Shown here in pieces: positions 1-9,331 of a stretch of DNA of 64,000 bases. The DNA comes from an uncultured Chloroflexia bacterium (GTDB taxonomy: Bacteria > Chloroflexota > Limnocylindria > Limnocylindrales > CSP1-4), in assembly GCA_963745405.1 (NCBI GenBank), contig CAVUWY010000002.1, forward strand, positions 2,005,013-2,069,012, in the 5' to 3' direction. Within the stretch, counting starts at the first letter, position 1; each line of letters starts with the position of its first letter. The notes below the pieces were generated by a model. The model searched no databases. It was not told the DNA's origin and saw nothing but the letters and a program-made list of their open reading frames with translations. The position numbers and the translations under genes are program-made.

Positions 1-341
1 ACGGTCGCTACGCTCTCGAGCTCGCCCGCCGGACGGGCGGCTCGATCGAGTCGATCCCCGATACCGAGACAGCGGCGGCCATCCGTTCCGTGGCGGCCCT
101 CGAGGGGCTCTTCCCCGAGACGGCCGGCGGGGTGACGATCGCCGCGGCGGAGCGGGCCCGCGCGGCCGGCGTCATCGGACCCGACGACGAGGTCGTCGCG
201 CTCCTCACCGGCAACGGCCTCAAGACCCCCGACGCACGGACGTTCGGGTTCGACGAGCGACCCGCCACCGCCGGATCGCCCGGCCTCGCACCGGTCATCC
301 GGCCCAGCCTCGACGCGTTCGAGCGGTGGCTCGAGGCATGA
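1..341 (+). CDS. Threonine-synthase-like fold-type II PLP enzyme, C-terminal fragment (5' end outside window)
   Basis: Frame 3 is open from the window edge to TGA 339-341. The C-terminal motifs (ALEGLFPETAGG..., VVALLTGNGLKTP) are typical of the ThrC/CysM-type C-terminus. The stop overlaps the next start (ATGA). Confidence 0.7.
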   Translation, partial: GRYALELARRTGGSIESIPDTETAAAIRSVAALEGLFPETAGGVTIAAAERARAAGVIGPDDEVVALLTGNGLKTPDARTFGFDERPATAGSPGLAPVIRPSLDAFERWLEA

Positions 342-745
342 CGACGGTGCGCGTCCCCCCGGTCCTGCGGACCGCCACCGGCGGCCTCAAGCAGGTCGAG
401 GTCGGTGGCGACACGGTCGGCGAGGCCATCGCCGGCCTGACGGCGGCGTACCCGGCGCTGGCGCCCCAGCTGCTCGACGCCCAGGGCGGGCTGAACCGGT
501 TCGTCAACGTCTATCTCAACGACACCGACGTCCGCCACCTCGATGAGCTGGCGACCCCGGTCGGCGAGCGGGACACGCTCGTCCTCCTGCCGGCGATGGC
601 CGGCGGCGCGACGGAGGACCGGCCGGGATCGGGACGCTTCGGGTCCGGATGCCTCGGGTCCGGTGGCGAGCCGTTCTGTCCGTGTACCGGCACCCGTGGA
701 TCGCGCGTGGACTGCGCGTGTCCGGGGCGAGCCTCGGAGGGCTGA
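338..745 (+). CDS. MoaD/ThiS-family ubiquitin-like sulfur-carrier protein with internal Gly-Gly followed by a ~45-aa Cys-rich tail
   Basis: MTTVRVPPVLR...VNVYLND...LVLLPAMAGG matches the MoaD/CysO beta-grasp pattern. ATG 338 overlaps the upstream stop. The ORF continues past GG to TGA 743-745. Confidence 0.7.
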   Translation: MTTVRVPPVLRTATGGLKQVEVGGDTVGEAIAGLTAAYPALAPQLLDAQGGLNRFVNVYLNDTDVRHLDELATPVGERDTLVLLPAMAGGATEDRPGSGRFGSGCLGSGGEPFCPCTGTRGSRVDCACPGRASEG

Positions 746-869
746 AGCCGGCGACCGACTCGGTCGCCCGAGCGCAGGACCGAGACTCGCGAACTACCCG
801 CAGCCGGCCCTGCTGCCCCTCGTCGCCCGTCCCTCCCTTGCGCGGCGTGCGCACCTCCCGGAGAAATCG

Positions 870-1343
870 ATGACCCGTCCCATCGCCGTCCGTCTCATCG
901 ACCCGCGCGGCCACCGTTTCGGTGGCGCCCTGTCGGTCGTGCTCCTCGTCCTCGCCACGCTCCTCGACCTCCCGGTCGTCGTCGCCTTCGTCGCGGTCGC
1001 CCTGGGCGTCAGCGCCCTGTTCGGGACCCAGTACTCGATCCTCGGCAAGCCGTGGCCGACGATCCGCCGCGTCCTCAAGCTCGGCCCGCCGAAGGAGCCC
1101 GAGCCCGAATTCGGCCCGCGCTTCGCCCAGGCGCTCGGCTTCGTCGGGCTGGCCCTCGGCTTCGCGCTCCTCGTGGCCGGTGCCGAACCGCTCGGCTGGA
1201 TCCCCGTGATCGCCGTGGCGGTCCTGCAGACGCTCCTCGCGGCGACCGGCTACTGCCTCGGCTGCAAGCTGTACGTCCTCCATTGGTGGGTGCCCGACCT
1301 GTTCGATCGCCTCATCGGGAGGTACTCCGCCGGGGCGGAGTAG
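870..1343 (+). CDS. DUF4395-like integral membrane protein
   Basis: ATG at 870 within ORF 543..1343. Four hydrophobic segments and a C-terminal CLGC motif, as in DUF4395 proteins (recollection of the family). Confidence 0.6.
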   Translation: MTRPIAVRLIDPRGHRFGGALSVVLLVLATLLDLPVVVAFVAVALGVSALFGTQYSILGKPWPTIRRVLKLGPPKEPEPEFGPRFAQALGFVGLALGFALLVAGAEPLGWIPVIAVAVLQTLLAATGYCLGCKLYVLHWWVPDLFDRLIGRYSAGAE

Positions 1344-1464
1344 GCCGTGCCACTCGCGTCGGCGGGCAGGCAGCGGTTCACCGATCTCACCGCCGTTGCC
1401 CGCGCCGCAAATGGCCCGCATCATATGGGCGGCACACGCCCCAGCGATGACCGGAGGAGGTGAG

Positions 1465-2091
1465 ATGGCACGCGACGATGAGCGACTCATGCGCTCCCAG
1501 CAGGACCCGATCGTCGGAGGACTCCCGGAAGTGCCCGGGATCCTCGCCGCGATCAGGCTGACGCCCGGGCTCGGCGTCCATCTCCGAGGCCTGGCCGACG
1601 AGCTGCTCGTGAATGATTTCCCGGGCGCGACGCTGGCCCGCCCCGAGCGGGAGATGCTGGCGACAGCCGTCTCGGCGGCGAACGACTGCTTCTACTGCAT
1701 GGATTCGCACGGCGCGTTCGCGACCGCGCTCCTCGAGCGGACCGGGGCGACGGACCGGGTCCCCCTCATCGATACGATCAAGCTCGGCTCGTCCGAGGGG
1801 CTGGATCCGAAGATGCAGGCCCTGCTCCACATCTCGCGGACGGTCCGGCGCGCCCCGCTCGAGCTGTGCGCCGAGGACGTCGAGGCGGCCCAGGCGGCCG
1901 GTGCGACCGACGCCGACGTCCAGCTGGCCGTCCTCATCGCCGCCGCGTTCTCGATGTACAACCGGATGGTCGACGGCTTCCGGGCGATGACGCCGCCGAC
2001 CGCCGAGGCCTATCGCTCCCGCGCCGCCGAGATCGCCGAGCACGGCTACAGCGACCAGCGGGTCGTGTCGGTCCCAGGCGCTCGCGGCTGA
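1465..2091 (+). CDS. Carboxymuconolactone decarboxylase / AhpD-like peroxidase-related protein
   Basis: ATG 1465 is preceded by GGAGGAGG. The CFYC (CxxC) motif and surrounding helices are typical of the CMD/AhpD family. Confidence 0.7.
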   Translation: MARDDERLMRSQQDPIVGGLPEVPGILAAIRLTPGLGVHLRGLADELLVNDFPGATLARPEREMLATAVSAANDCFYCMDSHGAFATALLERTGATDRVPLIDTIKLGSSEGLDPKMQALLHISRTVRRAPLELCAEDVEAAQAAGATDADVQLAVLIAAAFSMYNRMVDGFRAMTPPTAEAYRSRAAEIAEHGYSDQRVVSVPGARG

Positions 2092-2245
2092 CCGGCGAAG
2101 ATCGAGACGCCGGGCGACATCCGGGCGGGTATCGTTCGACCTGGATCCGCCGGGAGGCGCTGACGCACGGCCGCCCAACCAGATCGTCTGGGCCGTGTCG
2201 AGCCGATGACGGCAGCGGGCCCGACACCGTGTGGAGGGATGCGAC

Positions 2246-2590
2246 ATGGCAAGCGCTACGTTCACCAAATGGATGGTGGGAGAGGGCCCGGACATGGCTG
2301 GCGTCGTCGGCGGTGCCGCGGGCGATGGGGCGTACGCCGGGAAGGTGCTCGATTACAACCCTGGCGCGACGACCGTCATCGAGGCGAGATACCGCTTCAG
2401 CGGTTCAGCCCGCCCGTTCACGGCTCTCGTCCACGTCGAGCAGACCGGCCTCGAGGCGGTCATCTCCGGGGTCGTCACCGATGGCTGGGGCAAGGGCAAC
2501 CTCGTGACCGGCAGCTACACCGAGATCAAGTGCGACCACGACGGCGTGACCACCGACTGCTGGCGGGGCGCGCTCGAGATCGCCGACTAG
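2246..2590 (+). CDS. Hypothetical protein
   Basis: GC3-rich ORF with ATG at 2246. No recognisable domain. Confidence 0.45.
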   Translation: MASATFTKWMVGEGPDMAGVVGGAAGDGAYAGKVLDYNPGATTVIEARYRFSGSARPFTALVHVEQTGLEAVISGVVTDGWGKGNLVTGSYTEIKCDHDGVTTDCWRGALEIAD

Positions 2591-2694
2591 CCTGACGAGG
2601 GTGCCCATGGCCCGCGCGGAGGGGCCGGACGGCCCTCGCGGCGGCTCACCGGAGACCGCGACACTGGCCCATCAACTCGAAGGGAGTCGATGTG

Positions 2695-3090
2695 ATGACC
2701 AGGGTCCTCCTCGTCCACCACGACATCGACCTTGCCGACCAGGAGGCCGACGCGCTGCGTCGGCGCGGCTACGAGGTCCAGCAGTGCATGGGACCGATCG
2801 GAGCGCAGTGCCCCGTCCTGGCCGGACATCGCTGCGAGATGGCCGAGAAGGCCGACGTCCTCGTCTATGACGCCTGGGTGACCGGCGAACCGGAAGGGGC
2901 ACAGCGGCTGATCGAAGGCCTGCGGGAGACCCACCCGGACGTGCCCGTGGTGCTCATGGCGACCGGGATGGAGCCGGACTGGATCGAGCTCGCCGGCGAG
3001 CATCGGATCACGCCGCTCGTGGGGCAGCCGACGGGTGCCCGCATCGCCGACGCGATCGAAGAGGCGATCGACGCCGTCGCCGACCACTGA
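2695..3090 (+). CDS. Stand-alone receiver-like (pseudo-receiver) domain protein
   Basis: CheY-like beta/alpha pattern (VLLVHHD..., VLVYDAW, VVLMATG). The conserved Lys position reads QP, and a Cys-rich insert is present. SD GGGAG lies upstream. Confidence 0.5.
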   Translation: MTRVLLVHHDIDLADQEADALRRRGYEVQQCMGPIGAQCPVLAGHRCEMAEKADVLVYDAWVTGEPEGAQRLIEGLRETHPDVPVVLMATGMEPDWIELAGEHRITPLVGQPTGARIADAIEEAIDAVADH

Positions 3091-3126
3091 GCCCGACGAC
3101 CGAGGGCTCGCCGTCGCGTGCGCAGG

Positions 3127-4608
3127 TCAGATGACCTGGGCGAGCCGCTCCGCGAGTGCCTCCGCGATCATGATCGCGATGACGTGGGGGAACCCGGAGG
3201 GCGGCTCCGGGATGATCGAAGCGTCGACGACCGCGAGCCGGTCGACGCCGTGGACTCGACCGAGCGCGTCGACGACGGCATCGCGATCCGGTGACGGTCC
3301 CATCGCGCAGGTCCCGACGACGTGGGGGATCGAATAGGCGTTCTCGACGACGCGTCGGCGCCAGCCGGCCTCGCCGTGTGGACTCGACGGCGGCGCTCCG
3401 GTGCAGAGGCCGCGGATCTCGGGACGCCGCGCGAGTTCCAGGCCGCGGCGATATCCCTCGACGAGGCGATCGACGTCGGCCGGCTCGCGCAGGCCCGGCA
3501 GCTCGATCCGTGGCGGATCAGTCGGATCGGCCGATCGGAGGCGGACCGATCCACGGGAGATCGGCCGGAGGAGGATCGGATCGAGGTAGAACGATGGATC
3601 GTCGGCGGACGGATCGCTGGTCCAGAACATAAGGTCGGCCCCGCGAGCGGGCGCCGCGGAGCTGCGGAACGTCGTGATCGAGTGCAGGATCGGGCCCTTC
3701 GTCGCCCTGCCGCTCCAGCCCGAGGGCAGGTCGACGCCCGGATGGTCGGCGAGGTTCGCGCCGACGCCGGGCAGGTCCACCTGCGGCTCGATGCCGAGCG
3801 GGCGGAGGTCGTCCGCCGGCCCGATGCCGGACCGCATGAGGATCGAGGGACTGCCGTACGTCCCGGCCGCCAGGATCACCCAGCCGGCCCGGATCCTCGT
3901 CCCGTCGACGAGCTCGACGCCGGTCGCGCGGTCGCCATCGAGCGTCACCCGCGCGACGACCGAGTCGGCCCTGATGGTGAGCTTCGGCCAGCGCCGATCG
4001 AGTGGCAGATAGGCATCGGCGGTCGTCGCTCGCACGCCGTCGCGTGAGCTCATCGGCATCCGCCCCGTGCCGATCGCATCCGGGGCGTTCAGATCCTCGA
4101 CGCGCGGGTAGCCGAGCCCGTCGAAGGCAGCCAGCGCCGCGGCGTGGATCTCGGAGACCGGATGGTCGGAGTAACGGGTGATGGGGATCGGTCCGCTGTT
4201 CCCGTGCCACGGGTCGTCGCCGAACTCCGCGTCGGACTCGAGGCGCCGAAAGGCCGGCAGGACATCGTCGAAGCCCCAGCCGGCGTTGCCCCTGGCCGCC
4301 CAGGCATCGAAGTCCGCCGCCGCGCCGCGGACGCCGAAGCGCGTCAGCCACGACGTCCCGCCGAGGAGTCGGCCGCGGCGGAGTTGCCGGGTCGCCCCGG
4401 TCGCGTCGGGCTCCGACTCGAACCCCCAGTCCGGGATCGATGGCAGGTTCCAGCCGTCCCGAAGCGCCGCTGGAGTGACCTCCCGCAGGTCCGGTCCCGC
4501 CTCGAGCAGCAGGACGCGTCGCTCGCCCCACTCCGCGAATCGCCGGGCGAGCACGCAGCCGGACGCACCGCCGCCGACGATCGCGATGTCGAAGTCGTCA
4601 CGTTCCAT
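3127..4608 (-). CDS. GMC-family FAD oxidoreductase (choline-dehydrogenase-like)
   Basis: N-terminal DFDIAIVGGGASGCVLARRFAE Rossmann motif and full-length GMC architecture (493 aa). Confidence 0.85.
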   Translation of the reverse strand: MERDDFDIAIVGGGASGCVLARRFAEWGERRVLLLEAGPDLREVTPAALRDGWNLPSIPDWGFESEPDATGATRQLRRGRLLGGTSWLTRFGVRGAAADFDAWAARGNAGWGFDDVLPAFRRLESDAEFGDDPWHGNSGPIPITRYSDHPVSEIHAAALAAFDGLGYPRVEDLNAPDAIGTGRMPMSSRDGVRATTADAYLPLDRRWPKLTIRADSVVARVTLDGDRATGVELVDGTRIRAGWVILAAGTYGSPSILMRSGIGPADDLRPLGIEPQVDLPGVGANLADHPGVDLPSGWSGRATKGPILHSITTFRSSAAPARGADLMFWTSDPSADDPSFYLDPILLRPISRGSVRLRSADPTDPPRIELPGLREPADVDRLVEGYRRGLELARRPEIRGLCTGAPPSSPHGEAGWRRRVVENAYSIPHVVGTCAMGPSPDRDAVVDALGRVHGVDRLAVVDASIIPEPPSGFPHVIAIMIAEALAERLAQVI

Positions 4609-4635
4609 CCGGACCTCCGATGGCGCGAGCGGCCC

Positions 4636-5304
4636 TCAGGCGCGGCCCCTCGTGGTGGCGACATCCGCCTCGTTGCCGAAGGCGTCGGCGAGTGTCCACC
4701 ACGTCGGCGCGAAGTCGTCCCGCACCAGCCGACCCCCGGCGGCGAGGGCCGCCGCGACGCGGGCTTCGCCCTGCTCTTCCGGCACCCAGACCGCGATGTG
4801 GATCGCGCCCCCGCCGTCCGGACGAGGCTCGCGCATCGTCTCGAACCAGAACGGCGCTCCACGATAGTGCGGGTCGACGAGGTCCTCGTCCGGGCTGTCG
4901 GGGCGCGGCTCGTAGCCGAGCACGGCCCGCCAGAACGGCATGACCGCCGCGATGTCGAGCGCACCGGGGATGATGAGCAGGCTCTGGACGGCGGACGGGT
5001 CGGCGGTCAGGCCCTGGTCGCGGGCCACGGCCGAGATCCGTCGGGCGAGCTCGACGTCGCGCGTGCTCGGCCCGTACCAGTCGTCGGTGACAGTCAGGAG
5101 GCGGACGGTGACGCCGTCGTGCCGCAGGTCGATATCGGGATGGTGGGGATCCAGGTCGGGCAACTCGCTGATCGCGAGGGCGAGCCGCGCCCCTTGGGCG
5201 AACGACCGCGTGCGGAAATACGCGCAGGCGCCGTCGCCGACGAGGCGCCAGTCCTCGGTGCCCTCGGCTTCGTGGAATTGTCGCGGGGTGATCCCTTCCG
5301 TCAT
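4636..5304 (-). CDS. Pterin-4a-carbinolamine-dehydratase-like domain fused to a VOC (glyoxalase-fold) domain
   Basis: Start MTEGITPRQF at 5304. An HHPDIDLRHDGVTVRL PCD-type motif is followed by a glyoxalase-like C-terminal half. The upstream part of ORF 4636..6261 is antisense to the next gene. Confidence 0.6.
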   Translation of the reverse strand: MTEGITPRQFHEAEGTEDWRLVGDGACAYFRTRSFAQGARLALAISELPDLDPHHPDIDLRHDGVTVRLLTVTDDWYGPSTRDVELARRISAVARDQGLTADPSAVQSLLIIPGALDIAAVMPFWRAVLGYEPRPDSPDEDLVDPHYRGAPFWFETMREPRPDGGGAIHIAVWVPEEQGEARVAAALAAGGRLVRDDFAPTWWTLADAFGNEADVATTRGRA

Positions 5305-5346
5305 CAGAACCTCAGTCCGGGCGGTCGAAGGGAGTATGACCGAGCG

Positions 5347-6351
5347 ATGCCGGCCGTCGTCACCGCGAAGGCCCGGATGAGGACGGCGTCCACGTACGAT
5401 GCGCGCGTGCAAGGCGACCCTGGCCGGACCGTCGACTGGCTCCTCGACTCCGACCCTGCCATCCGCTGGCAGGTGATGCGGGACCTGACGGGGGAGCCGG
5501 CGAATGTCGTCGTCGCCGAGCGCTCCAGGATCGCGACCCAGGGCTGGGGCGCCCGGCTGCTCAGGCTCCAGGCGCCGGATGGCCGGTGGGGCGGCCGGCC
5601 CTGGTCGCACGATCAGACGGACACGTTCCATACACTCGAGCTCCTGCGGCGGTTCGGCCTCGATCCCCGGAGCGAGGAAGCTCGGCGGGCGGTCGACCTC
5701 GTCCGCGCGCGCGTCACCTGGCGCGATCCCGATTTCGAGACCCCGTGGGCAGACAACCGGTTCTTCGAGGGTGAGGTCGAGCCGTGCATCAACGGCAACC
5801 TCGTCGCGACGGGCTCCTATTTCGGCCTGGACATGTCGCCGCTCGTCGACCGCCTCCTCGCCGAGCAGCTCCTCGACGGCGGCTGGAACTGCGAGGTCGA
5901 GAACGGGGCGACGGTGTCGTCGTTCGGCACGACGATCAACGTCCTGGAGGGCCTGCTCGCCTACGAGCGAGCGACCGGTGGCTCGGCCGAGGTGGCTGCG
6001 GCACGCGTTCGGGGTGAGGCGTACATGCTCGAACGCCGGCTGTTCCGTCGGAAGTCGACCGGCGAGGTGATCGACCCGGACTGGCTCCGCTTCTCGTTCC
6101 CGACCTGGTGGCACTACGACGTCCTCCGCGGGCTCGACCACCTGCGGGACGCCGGGATCGAGCCCGATGAGCGCATCGCCGAGGCGGTCGGAATCGTCGA
6201 GGCCGCCCGCGACCGCGACGGTCGGTGGCCGCTGGGGACCGTCTACCCGGGCGAAGCACATCTCCAGATGGAGGGCGGCGAGGGCGAGCCGAGCCGATGG
6301 AACACCCTCCGCGCCCTGCGCGTGCTCGACTGGTTCGCCCGGGGCGGGTGA
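5347..6351 (+). CDS. Prenyltransferase / squalene-cyclase-like alpha-alpha toroid repeat protein
   Basis: C-terminal 335 aa of ORF 4144..6351. Repeated DGRWG / DGGW motifs are typical of terpenoid cyclase/prenyltransferase repeats. ATG at 5347 (alternative 5377). Confidence 0.55.
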   Translation: MPAVVTAKARMRTASTYDARVQGDPGRTVDWLLDSDPAIRWQVMRDLTGEPANVVVAERSRIATQGWGARLLRLQAPDGRWGGRPWSHDQTDTFHTLELLRRFGLDPRSEEARRAVDLVRARVTWRDPDFETPWADNRFFEGEVEPCINGNLVATGSYFGLDMSPLVDRLLAEQLLDGGWNCEVENGATVSSFGTTINVLEGLLAYERATGGSAEVAAARVRGEAYMLERRLFRRKSTGEVIDPDWLRFSFPTWWHYDVLRGLDHLRDAGIEPDERIAEAVGIVEAARDRDGRWPLGTVYPGEAHLQMEGGEGEPSRWNTLRALRVLDWFARGG

Positions 6352-6458
6352 TCGAACGATCGAGCGCCGCGGCTCCGTCGCCCGGGTTCGCCGGGGTGGA
6401 CCCTACGCGACGTCGCGGCCTAGACTCGACCCGCGAGGGACATGTTCGGGAGGGAGAG

Positions 6459-6977
6459 ATGGGTGGTCGGCTCGCGTCCGTGCTGTTCCTGGCGGTCGTC
6501 ACCGCCGCGTGTTCGAGCGGATCTCCCCCGATCGGTCCGGCCGACGAGCTGACACCGCCGCCCGCCGGACCGGCCGATACCGGCGACCTCTGCCGGCTCC
6601 TGACGACCGGTGATCTGCAGTCCGTGACCACGATCGCCTGGAAGGACGGCGTCCCCATGCCCGACGGGCTGCCGCCCTTCTGCCAGTGGCGCCTCGTCCC
6701 GACCGACGTCATCACCACGATGGACGCCTACGTGGACGCGAGCTTCGTGTCCGGTCCGCTCGACGACGCGACCGCGTCCTACCCCGGTGCCGACCCGATC
6801 ACGATCGGTGGCAAGAACGGCAAGATCCAGGGCGGTGCGGAGACGGCACACGCCTGGCTGGATCTCGGCGGCGGGAAGATCCTCCGACTGGAGATGGCGT
6901 TCGGACCGAACCTGGGCCTGGACGATGCGGTCAAGATGGCGCCGAAGCTGGCCGAGCTCGCCCTCGGACACGTCTGA
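6459..6977 (+). CDS. Lipoprotein, function unknown
   Basis: ATG 6459 after GGGAGAG. Signal peptide with lipobox VTAAC. Confidence 0.6.
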   Translation: MGGRLASVLFLAVVTAACSSGSPPIGPADELTPPPAGPADTGDLCRLLTTGDLQSVTTIAWKDGVPMPDGLPPFCQWRLVPTDVITTMDAYVDASFVSGPLDDATASYPGADPITIGGKNGKIQGGAETAHAWLDLGGGKILRLEMAFGPNLGLDDAVKMAPKLAELALGHV

Positions 6978-7065
6978 CTCATCGCGTCCGGCAGCGACCC
7001 GGTCGCGGCCATCTGGAGCGCGTGCAGGCTGACGGACGGTTCCCGGCCGCCGGTAGGATGAACTG

Positions 7066-7752
7066 GTGACTTCCCAGCTTCGCGTGCTCATCGAGGAACC
7101 CACGAGGGGCAAGCGCTGGGTCGCCGTCGCGGCGGACTGGCCGGGTCTGGAACGGGGCGCCAAGGCGGAGGACGAGGCGGTCGAGAAGCTCGCCCATTAC
7201 GTGCCGCGATACCTCCCGGTCGCGAGGCGCGTCCGGTTGGGGGCGGAGCTCGAGGCCCAGACCGACGTCGACATCATCGGCCGCTACCGGGGCGTCGGCT
7301 CGACCGACTTCTGGGGCATTTCGTTCGCGCCCTCGCCGCTCGACCGCGGGCCGTACGACGCGCCGACCTTCGACCGTCAGGTGGGGCTGCTGCGCGCGGC
7401 CTGGGCCGAGTTCGACGAGACGGTCGCCCGAGTGTCGGCGGAGCTCCGACCCGGTATCCGCGGCGGCGGCCGCTCCCGCGACGTGATCGTGCGGCATGTC
7501 CTGGCGACCGAGGGTGGCGATTTCTCGAAGCGCGTGAAGGTGCCATCCGAATGGGAGGACCTGCAGACAACGGACGAGCTCGCCCACCATCGAGACCGCT
7601 TCGTCGAGGCGATGCGCGCCTGGTACGCGGAGGGCAAGCCGCTCGGCAACTGGACGATCCCGTACCTGCTCCGCCACACGGCGTACCACGTGCTCGACCA
7701 CACCTGGGAGATGCAGGACCGGGACCTGACGGAGGATGCCACCGTCGGATGA
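7066..7752 (+). CDS. DinB-like helical-bundle protein
   Basis: GTG start. The C-terminal HTAYHVLDHTWE His pattern resembles the DinB/YfiT-like fold. Confidence 0.5.
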   Translation: MTSQLRVLIEEPTRGKRWVAVAADWPGLERGAKAEDEAVEKLAHYVPRYLPVARRVRLGAELEAQTDVDIIGRYRGVGSTDFWGISFAPSPLDRGPYDAPTFDRQVGLLRAAWAEFDETVARVSAELRPGIRGGGRSRDVIVRHVLATEGGDFSKRVKVPSEWEDLQTTDELAHHRDRFVEAMRAWYAEGKPLGNWTIPYLLRHTAYHVLDHTWEMQDRDLTEDATVG

Positions 7753-7882
7753 CCGCTCCCGGCGTGGCCGACGGGACGGTCGTCGGCTCGTCCGCGGTGT
7801 GGTGTCAGCCCCCCGATGAAGCGGCCTCGGGGCGAGGATCCTCCGACGCCCTCAGCCCACGTTTCCGGTTTTGTCCATAGAC

Positions 7883-7924
7883 TTGACAAAGCCCCTGTGA
7901 CTGGCGCAGATTCGACTTTGTCAA
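7883..7924. promoter_or_regulatory. 9-bp perfect inverted repeat TTGACAAAG-N24-CTTTGTCAA upstream of the ROK gene
   Basis: Read directly: 7883-7891 and 7916-7924. AT-richer patch in the 238-bp spacer. Each arm contains a TTGACA hexamer. Confidence 0.3.
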
Positions 7925-7989
7925 CTCTCTTGCCAAAGCTGCGCTCGGCCGGGGTCAAGGGTGGTTGCGTTCGAGGAGTGCCCGCCCCG

Positions 7990-9168
7990 ATGATCGCCAG
8001 CGCGACGGTGCTGCCCGAAAAGGCGACGCACCAGCAGACGCGGACGTTCAATTCGCAGCTGGTACTGCGCGCACTCCACGATCGTAGTCCGCTCTCGCGG
8101 GCCGACCTGGCCCGCATCACCGGTCTGACGCGCACCTCGGTCGGCGACCTCGTCGGCACGCTCATGGACGACGGCCTGATCGAGGAAGTCGGTCGTGGCC
8201 ACTCGAGCGGGGGCAAGTCCCCGATCCTGCTGCGAGTCGCTCCAGACGGTCGCCACCTGATCGGGCTCGACCTCGCCGAGGCGCAGTTCAGCGGTGCCGT
8301 CGTCAACCTTCGTGGCGAGATCCTCCGCTCGATCCACCTGCCCATCGAAGGATGGAGCAGCGAAGCCACCGTCGAGCTCGTCTTTCAGCTTGTCGACGCC
8401 CTGCGCGCGGATGACCGGTCGCCCCTCCTCGGCATCGGCATCGGCGCGCCCGGCGTCATCGACACGAGCACGGGGATCGTCCGCTGGTCGGTCCACCTGG
8501 ACTGGGCTGAGCTCCGACTCGGGCCGCTGCTCGAGCAGCGCTACGGCGTGCCGGTCGTGGTCGCCAACGACAGTCACGCGGCCGCCCTCGCCGAGCTGAC
8601 CTTCTTTCGCCGCCCGCGGCCGAACAACCTCATCGTGATCAGGGTGGGTCGCGGAGTCGGCGCCGGCATCATCATCAATGGCCAGCTCTTCCAGGGCGAC
8701 GGATATGGCGCCGGCGAGTTCGGCCACGTCTCGATCGGCGGCGCCGAAGGTCCATGCCGATGCGGGCGGGAGGGCTGCCTCGAGACGATGACGAGCATGA
8801 GCGCCATGGTCGACGCGGCTGGTGCGCTCGAGCCGTCGATCACCGACGAGACCGGCCTCGTGGCCGCCTTCGGGGCCGGCGTCACCGCCATCCGCCGGAT
8901 CGTCCTCGATGCCGCGCGCGAGCTCGGTCTCGCGGTGGGCTGGCTGATCGGCGTGCTCAACGTTCGCCACGTGCTGCTGGTCGGCCGGGTGGCGGACTTC
9001 GGCGACGACTGGCTCGGCGAGGTCCGGCGGTACGCCGGGTCGAGCGCACTGACACTGCTCGCCCGCGACACGCAGATCGAGTTCGGCCACGTGCACGACG
9101 ACGTGGTCGCCCTGGGCGCGTCGGCGCTGCTCATGGAGCGGCAGCTGGGCCTGGGGTTAGTCCGATGA
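7990..9168 (+). CDS. ROK-family transcriptional regulator
   Basis: N-terminal wHTH (LSRADLARITGLTRTSVGDLV), followed by a ROK sugar-kinase-like fold with a CRCGREGCLE zinc motif. Confidence 0.85.
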   Translation: MIASATVLPEKATHQQTRTFNSQLVLRALHDRSPLSRADLARITGLTRTSVGDLVGTLMDDGLIEEVGRGHSSGGKSPILLRVAPDGRHLIGLDLAEAQFSGAVVNLRGEILRSIHLPIEGWSSEATVELVFQLVDALRADDRSPLLGIGIGAPGVIDTSTGIVRWSVHLDWAELRLGPLLEQRYGVPVVVANDSHAAALAELTFFRRPRPNNLIVIRVGRGVGAGIIINGQLFQGDGYGAGEFGHVSIGGAEGPCRCGREGCLETMTSMSAMVDAAGALEPSITDETGLVAAFGAGVTAIRRIVLDAARELGLAVGWLIGVLNVRHVLLVGRVADFGDDWLGEVRRYAGSSALTLLARDTQIEFGHVHDDVVALGASALLMERQLGLGLVR

Positions 9169-9331
9169 TCGCTCATCCCTGCATCGGCTTGCCCGATCGA
9201 GAGGGGGTGGGCGAGCGATAACCCTATTGCGGCTCTTGCTGGACCGAATACCATGCATGGACCCAGCGGAGTCTGGGCCAACGGAGCCCACTCGATACCC
9301 CAGTCATGGCAATTCGAAGGAGGAGGAATCC

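Noticed and set aside
516-1490. 324-aa minus-strand ORF, and many similar long ORFs antisense to called genes (for example 1387..2295, 8574..9281, 10914..12011, 38481..40103, 49959..52052)
   Set aside because: They are Arg/Pro/Gly-rich low-complexity translations that overlap well-supported genes on the other strand. This is the typical open-frame artefact of ~70% GC DNA. They have no SD and no recognisable domains.
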